A stretch of 64,000 bases of DNA from Sulfurovum sp. UBA12169 (GTDB taxonomy: Bacteria > Campylobacterota > Campylobacteria > Campylobacterales > Sulfurovaceae): positions 56,848-120,847 of the forward strand of contig DLUH01000002.1 in assembly GCA_002742845.1 (NCBI GenBank), given 5' to 3'. The notes beneath the pieces were generated by a model that saw only the letters and a list, made by a program, of their open reading frames with translations, was not told where the DNA came from and ran no database searches. Shown here one piece after another: positions 60,080 through 64,000 of the stretch; the first letter of the stretch is position 1, and each line of letters begins with the position of its first letter. Both the position numbers and the translations under genes were made by a program.

Positions 60080-60886
60080 TCAAAGCTCCTTTCTCAACTT
60101 AAGTTCCCGCTCAAACCCCCAGGATTTACGATGTTCTGTAATTTCAGTCTTATCGATCACTTCGATAAGCATTGATTCTTTATCTTCAAGCATCATCACT
60201 ACTTCGCCTTCTGGATTAACAAGCATTGTATCGCCATAAAACCTCCACTTAACCTCATCGTCACTATATTCGCCTAAGCGATTAGCACGCAAAATAAAAC
60301 ATCCGTGCAAAAAGGCCTTTGTTTTAATAATTTCACGCCAACGGTTATGCGATCCAAACGTTGAAGCCGTAGGTAAAAGCACAATATCAATCTTCTTTTG
60401 GGTAACTTTTTCCCAGAAAGGATCAAAATGCAATTCAAATCCTGCCATCACCATCACCCTAAAACCGTTGATCGTAAAAATCATAGGATCTTTGAGTGGC
60501 GCTATAGGGTTGGCAAAAAATTTCTTTTCATTCCAGTGCGCATACGGTAAAAGTATCTGCTGCTCATAATAGCTGATACTTTTGGGAGTAATTTTTATGA
60601 TCGTCTTATGGTAGCCGTCTTTTTGGGTTACAATGATAGGGGCAATAAAAACTATATCATACTTTTCAGAAAGCTGCTTGAGAAGTTCAATATGTTTTCG
60701 GCTCTGCTCTTTAACCATATTGATTGACATGCTCTCAATCTCTTTAAAAAAATGATTCAGCACATATTCGCCAAAAAGTATTACATTTGCTCCGCGCTCA
60801 CAGGCTTGCTTAAGATAAAAGTCCAACCGTGTGGCATTCATACCTAAAGTAGGCAGCTGAAGTGCCGCTACAACCAACTGCTTCAC
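60080..60886 (-). CDS. Carbon-nitrogen hydrolase (nitrilase-fold) family protein
   Basis: AALQL, LFGEY, LLPTAST, RANRLG and FYGDTMLVNPEG. Confidence 0.85.
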   Translation of the reverse strand: MKQLVVAALQLPTLGMNATRLDFYLKQACERGANVILFGEYVLNHFFKEIESMSINMVKEQSRKHIELLKQLSEKYDIVFIAPIIVTQKDGYHKTIIKITPKSISYYEQQILLPYAHWNEKKFFANPIAPLKDPMIFTINGFRVMVMAGFELHFDPFWEKVTQKKIDIVLLPTASTFGSHNRWREIIKTKAFLHGCFILRANRLGEYSDDEVKWRFYGDTMLVNPEGEVVMMLEDKESMLIEVIDKTEITEHRKSWGFERELKLRKEL

Positions 60887-61092
60887 GACTCTTCTCCGCT
60901 ATTTTGATTGGCCTGCTCAATAATAGTGATCTTTATTTTTGCTTCTTCTATAAGTTTTTGGGCTTCTTTGATATTTTGAAGTCCTTCTTCATATACTTTT
61001 ACGCTTTCTTCGAGTGTAATTTCAGGATTCATTAATTTTTCAAGTAATACTTTTGAGTGTTCCAATTTCTCTTCAAATGTTTCGTTTTTCAT
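60883..61092 (-). CDS. xseB: Exodeoxyribonuclease VII small subunit
   Basis: TFEEKL...LEESVKVYEEG...LIEEAK. Confidence 0.9.
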   Translation of the reverse strand: MKNETFEEKLEHSKVLLEKLMNPEITLEESVKVYEEGLQNIKEAQKLIEEAKIKITIIEQANQNSGEES

Positions 61093-61134
61093 TTATATTC
61101 CTTTTACATTCTCATCATTAAATAAAAATATGTA

Positions 61135-62229
61135 TTACCTTAATATCTCTTTTATAGATTCATCAAACTTTTCCAATTCTACCAAAAAAGCATCATGGCC
61201 ATACTCGCTTTTCACTTCCAGATAACTGCACATTTGTCTATTGCGTTCCATCATCCTATAGATATGCTCCATTTCCTCAGGAAAAAAAAGATAGTCCGTA
61301 GAAAAACTGATCAAATGCGTTCGCGCCTTAATCCTTGAGATTGCATCATAAAGAGAGTCGTATCCGCGACTTAGATTAAAGGTATTGATTGCTTTAACGA
61401 TATACAAATAACTTAATGGATCGAACATGCGGGCAAAATTTGCCGTATTGTACTCCAGATATCGCTCAACTTCATAACGTCCAAAAAGCTCAAATAAACC
61501 ATCGTTGCTCACATAGTTACGTCCAAATTTTTCATCCATCGAGGCAGGAGAAAGATAAGAAATATGGCCGGCGATACGTCCGATAGCCAGTCCATTCAAA
61601 CCTTCTTTTTTAAACGCATTTTTATCATAATTTCCGTTTTTAAAGCGAGGATCTTTACGAATAGCCTCTACGGCTACCTTATTAAAAGCAATTGTCCAAG
61701 GTCTTGTTGCATATGTTGCAGCCAGTGAAATAATGTCGTCAGCCAAGTTCGGATAATCTACGGCAAACTGAAGTGCCTGCATCCCCCCCATTGATCCGCC
61801 TATAATAGCGCGCAAATGATAAATGCCAAGAGAAGAGAGCAGTTGCATCTGCGCCCTAATCATATCTTTGATGGTTACAACGGGAAACTTTAAACGGTAA
61901 GGTTCTTCGCTCGGATACATTCCGCTCATCGGTCCGGTACTCCCAAAACATGACCCTATCACATTGGTACAAATAACAAAATATTTCTTTGTATCTATCG
62001 CTTTGTCGTCTCCAATAAGCCCATCCCACCAGCCAGCTTTCCTGTCACCTTCATGGAAACCTGCCGCATGGTGAGATCCGCTAAGGGCATGACACACCAA
62101 CACAACATTGCTTTTGTCTTCATTGGGTTCCCCATAGGTTTCATAGGCGATCTCATACGGCTCTAAAATACGTCCGCTCTCTAGATACAAAGGGCTGCTA
62201 AAACGCGCTGTTTTTGTTACGATTTTCAT
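61135..62229 (-). CDS. metX: Homoserine O-acetyltransferase
   Basis: CHALSG, GWWDGLIG, GGSMGG and YGHDAFL. Confidence 0.95.
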   Translation of the reverse strand: MKIVTKTARFSSPLYLESGRILEPYEIAYETYGEPNEDKSNVVLVCHALSGSHHAAGFHEGDRKAGWWDGLIGDDKAIDTKKYFVICTNVIGSCFGSTGPMSGMYPSEEPYRLKFPVVTIKDMIRAQMQLLSSLGIYHLRAIIGGSMGGMQALQFAVDYPNLADDIISLAATYATRPWTIAFNKVAVEAIRKDPRFKNGNYDKNAFKKEGLNGLAIGRIAGHISYLSPASMDEKFGRNYVSNDGLFELFGRYEVERYLEYNTANFARMFDPLSYLYIVKAINTFNLSRGYDSLYDAISRIKARTHLISFSTDYLFFPEEMEHIYRMMERNRQMCSYLEVKSEYGHDAFLVELEKFDESIKEILR

Positions 62230-62359
62230 TGACTGCTTTTTGCTTGGATTGTTTTTGGCTATTTTATCTAATTTGGGCTTTATAACCGTCGTTTTGAACT
62301 TATTTCAAAACCTGAAGTACTTTTAATAATCCCCGGATAAACCAAGGATCATAAATTGC

Positions 62360-63619
62360 CTACCCCAGCGCTTTAGCCAAGTCATTTATCAGGTCTTGGG
62401 TATCTTCAAGTCCTATACTTAGTCTAATAAGCCCTTCAGGAACTCCGGCATCCATAAGCTCTTGTTTGGAAAGCTGCTGATGGGTTGTGCTGGCAGGATG
62501 GGTAATAATAGATTTACTGTCGCCGATATTGACTACCAAAGAAAAAATCTCCATACTGTCTGCAATATGTTTTGCTGTGGCCAAATCTTCTACCTCAAAC
62601 GAAAGCAGCCCGCTGTGTCCTTTCTTGAAATATTTTTGTCCTACTTCATAATTGGAATCGGATTGAAGTCCGGGATAATTGACTTTTTTAACTTTTGGAT
62701 GTTTCTCTAAAAATTGGGCTATTGCAAGCGCCGATGCAGAGTGCTGTCTCATGCGAAGCGGTAATGTTTCAATGCCCTGGATATACAACCATGAATTAAA
62801 CGGACTGGGAGCTGCACCCAAATCACGAAGCAATGCCAATCTAACCCTCAGCGTAAAAAGCGGCAAAGGCAAATCACTATAGACAAGCCCATGATAACTT
62901 GCATCGGGTTCATTGAAATGTGCATATCTGGCATTTCCTTTAATTTTTTCTACCAAATTCTTGCGCTCTACGATGATTCCGCCTATCGCAAGCCCTTGTC
63001 CTGTCGTATATTTACTTGCACTGTGTACTGTCAGATCGCATCCGTACTCAAAAGGTTTGCACAAAATCGGCGTCGCCACAGTATTGTCGACACAAGTTAG
63101 AATAGTGTACTTATTGGCAATAGCAACTATTGCACCCAAATCTGCCACATCAATACTAGGATTTGTAATACTCTCAAAAAGAATGATTTTTGTTTTTTCA
63201 TCGATGAGCTTTTCTAGTTGAGCAGGATTTTTAACATCAAAATAACGTGCTTCTATGCCAAATCTCTTAAGGGTATGTCCTGTAAGTGTTGTCGTTCCCC
63301 CATAAACTTGCTTGGCCACAATAATGTTGTCTCCGGCCTCTGCCACATTAGCAATGGCATAAAAAATAGCTGCCATTCCACTGGCTGTACCTACTGCTGC
63401 GGCGCCGCCCTCAAGTGCTGCAAAACGTTTTTCAAAAACATCCGTAGTCGGGTTCATCAATCTTGTATAAATATTCCCCAACTCTTTAAGTGCAAATAAA
63501 TTTGCCGCCTGATCAGTATCTTTAAACTCATAAGCCGTACTCATGTAAATCGGCACCGCCATGGTTCCTTGTGAATCTTTTTCATATCCTGCGTGGATAG
63601 CCAGTGTTTGTTCGTGCAT
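62360..63619 (-). CDS. metY: O-acetylhomoserine aminocarboxypropyltransferase/sulfhydrylase
   Basis: YTRLMNPT, HSASKY (PLP lysine), NIGDSKS and RLSIGLE. Confidence 0.95.
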   Translation of the reverse strand: MHEQTLAIHAGYEKDSQGTMAVPIYMSTAYEFKDTDQAANLFALKELGNIYTRLMNPTTDVFEKRFAALEGGAAAVGTASGMAAIFYAIANVAEAGDNIIVAKQVYGGTTTLTGHTLKRFGIEARYFDVKNPAQLEKLIDEKTKIILFESITNPSIDVADLGAIVAIANKYTILTCVDNTVATPILCKPFEYGCDLTVHSASKYTTGQGLAIGGIIVERKNLVEKIKGNARYAHFNEPDASYHGLVYSDLPLPLFTLRVRLALLRDLGAAPSPFNSWLYIQGIETLPLRMRQHSASALAIAQFLEKHPKVKKVNYPGLQSDSNYEVGQKYFKKGHSGLLSFEVEDLATAKHIADSMEIFSLVVNIGDSKSIITHPASTTHQQLSKQELMDAGVPEGLIRLSIGLEDTQDLINDLAKALG

Positions 63620-63832
63620 TATTTTTCCTTATTTTGCATTATTATTTATTATACCATAAAAAGCGGGGACGGATAAGTATTATTATGACGTAACGGGTGT
63701 TTTTGGAAGCTTAATTCCTGATAGGGCCTAAGACCTATAAGGTCTTTTTTGAAAGATTGCATTTGAAGACAATAGTATGAACTCACATCTTGGTTTCAAA
63801 AGATGTGAAGCTCAACCAAGAAAATGAAAAAA

Positions 63833-64000
63833 TCAGCCGTGATAATTTGGAGATTCTTTTGTGATTGTTACATCGTGAACATGAGATTCTCTGAGTCCTG
63901 CTGAAGTAATCTCTACAAATTCTGCCTTTTCCCAAAATGCCCTAATCGACTCCGAACCACAATATCCCATGGAACTTCTAAGTCCTCCCATCATTTGGTG
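63833..64000 (-). CDS. guaB: IMP dehydrogenase, 3' end only
   Basis: Reads [15 protein letters not shown]...[25 protein letters not shown]. Confidence 0.95.
   Translation of the reverse strand, partial: HQMMGGLRSSMGYCGSESIRAFWEKAEFVEITSAGLRESHVHDVTITKESPNYHG

Overview
This is a core-chromosome segment of a Campylobacterota bacterium, most likely Sulfurovum-like (inferred from protein style, AT-rich DNA and gene order). About 77 CDS are supportable, plus tRNA-Pro(GGG). Most genes lie on the minus strand in blocks whose order is known from Campylobacter/Helicobacter. One block is rplU-rpmA-obgE-proB-fmt-birA-parA-parB-atpF'FHAGDC-tolQRAB-pal-cpoB...slyD...fabD-mtnN-ttcA. A second is rluD-flpA-trmB-ftsEX-envC-pyrH-rpoZ-spoT-tyrS-fabX-amiA. 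Also present are pdxJA, trpC, glyS, purU, cca, leuDB, rpoD, ppa, proA/proC, metXY and the 3' end of guaB. I saw no rRNA, CRISPR array, transposase, integrase or phage gene. The best candidate for an uncharacterised system is a two-gene protein-sorting module at 20513-22820. It pairs a GC-rich secreted protein ending in a GGGGGC-TM-RRK (JDVT-CTERM-like) tail with a translationally coupled CPBP/MrtJ-like intramembrane protease. Other notable items are an L,D-transpeptidase coupled to the tol-pal operon, a perfect anti-Shine-Dalgarno upstream of the atp operon, a GC-rich patch inside rluD, a structured leader upstream of yqeY, two apparently leaderless genes, a 49-aa membrane protein absent from the ORF track, and several enzymes with altered catalytic motifs. 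All family calls come from motif recognition, not database searches. GC values are hand counts.
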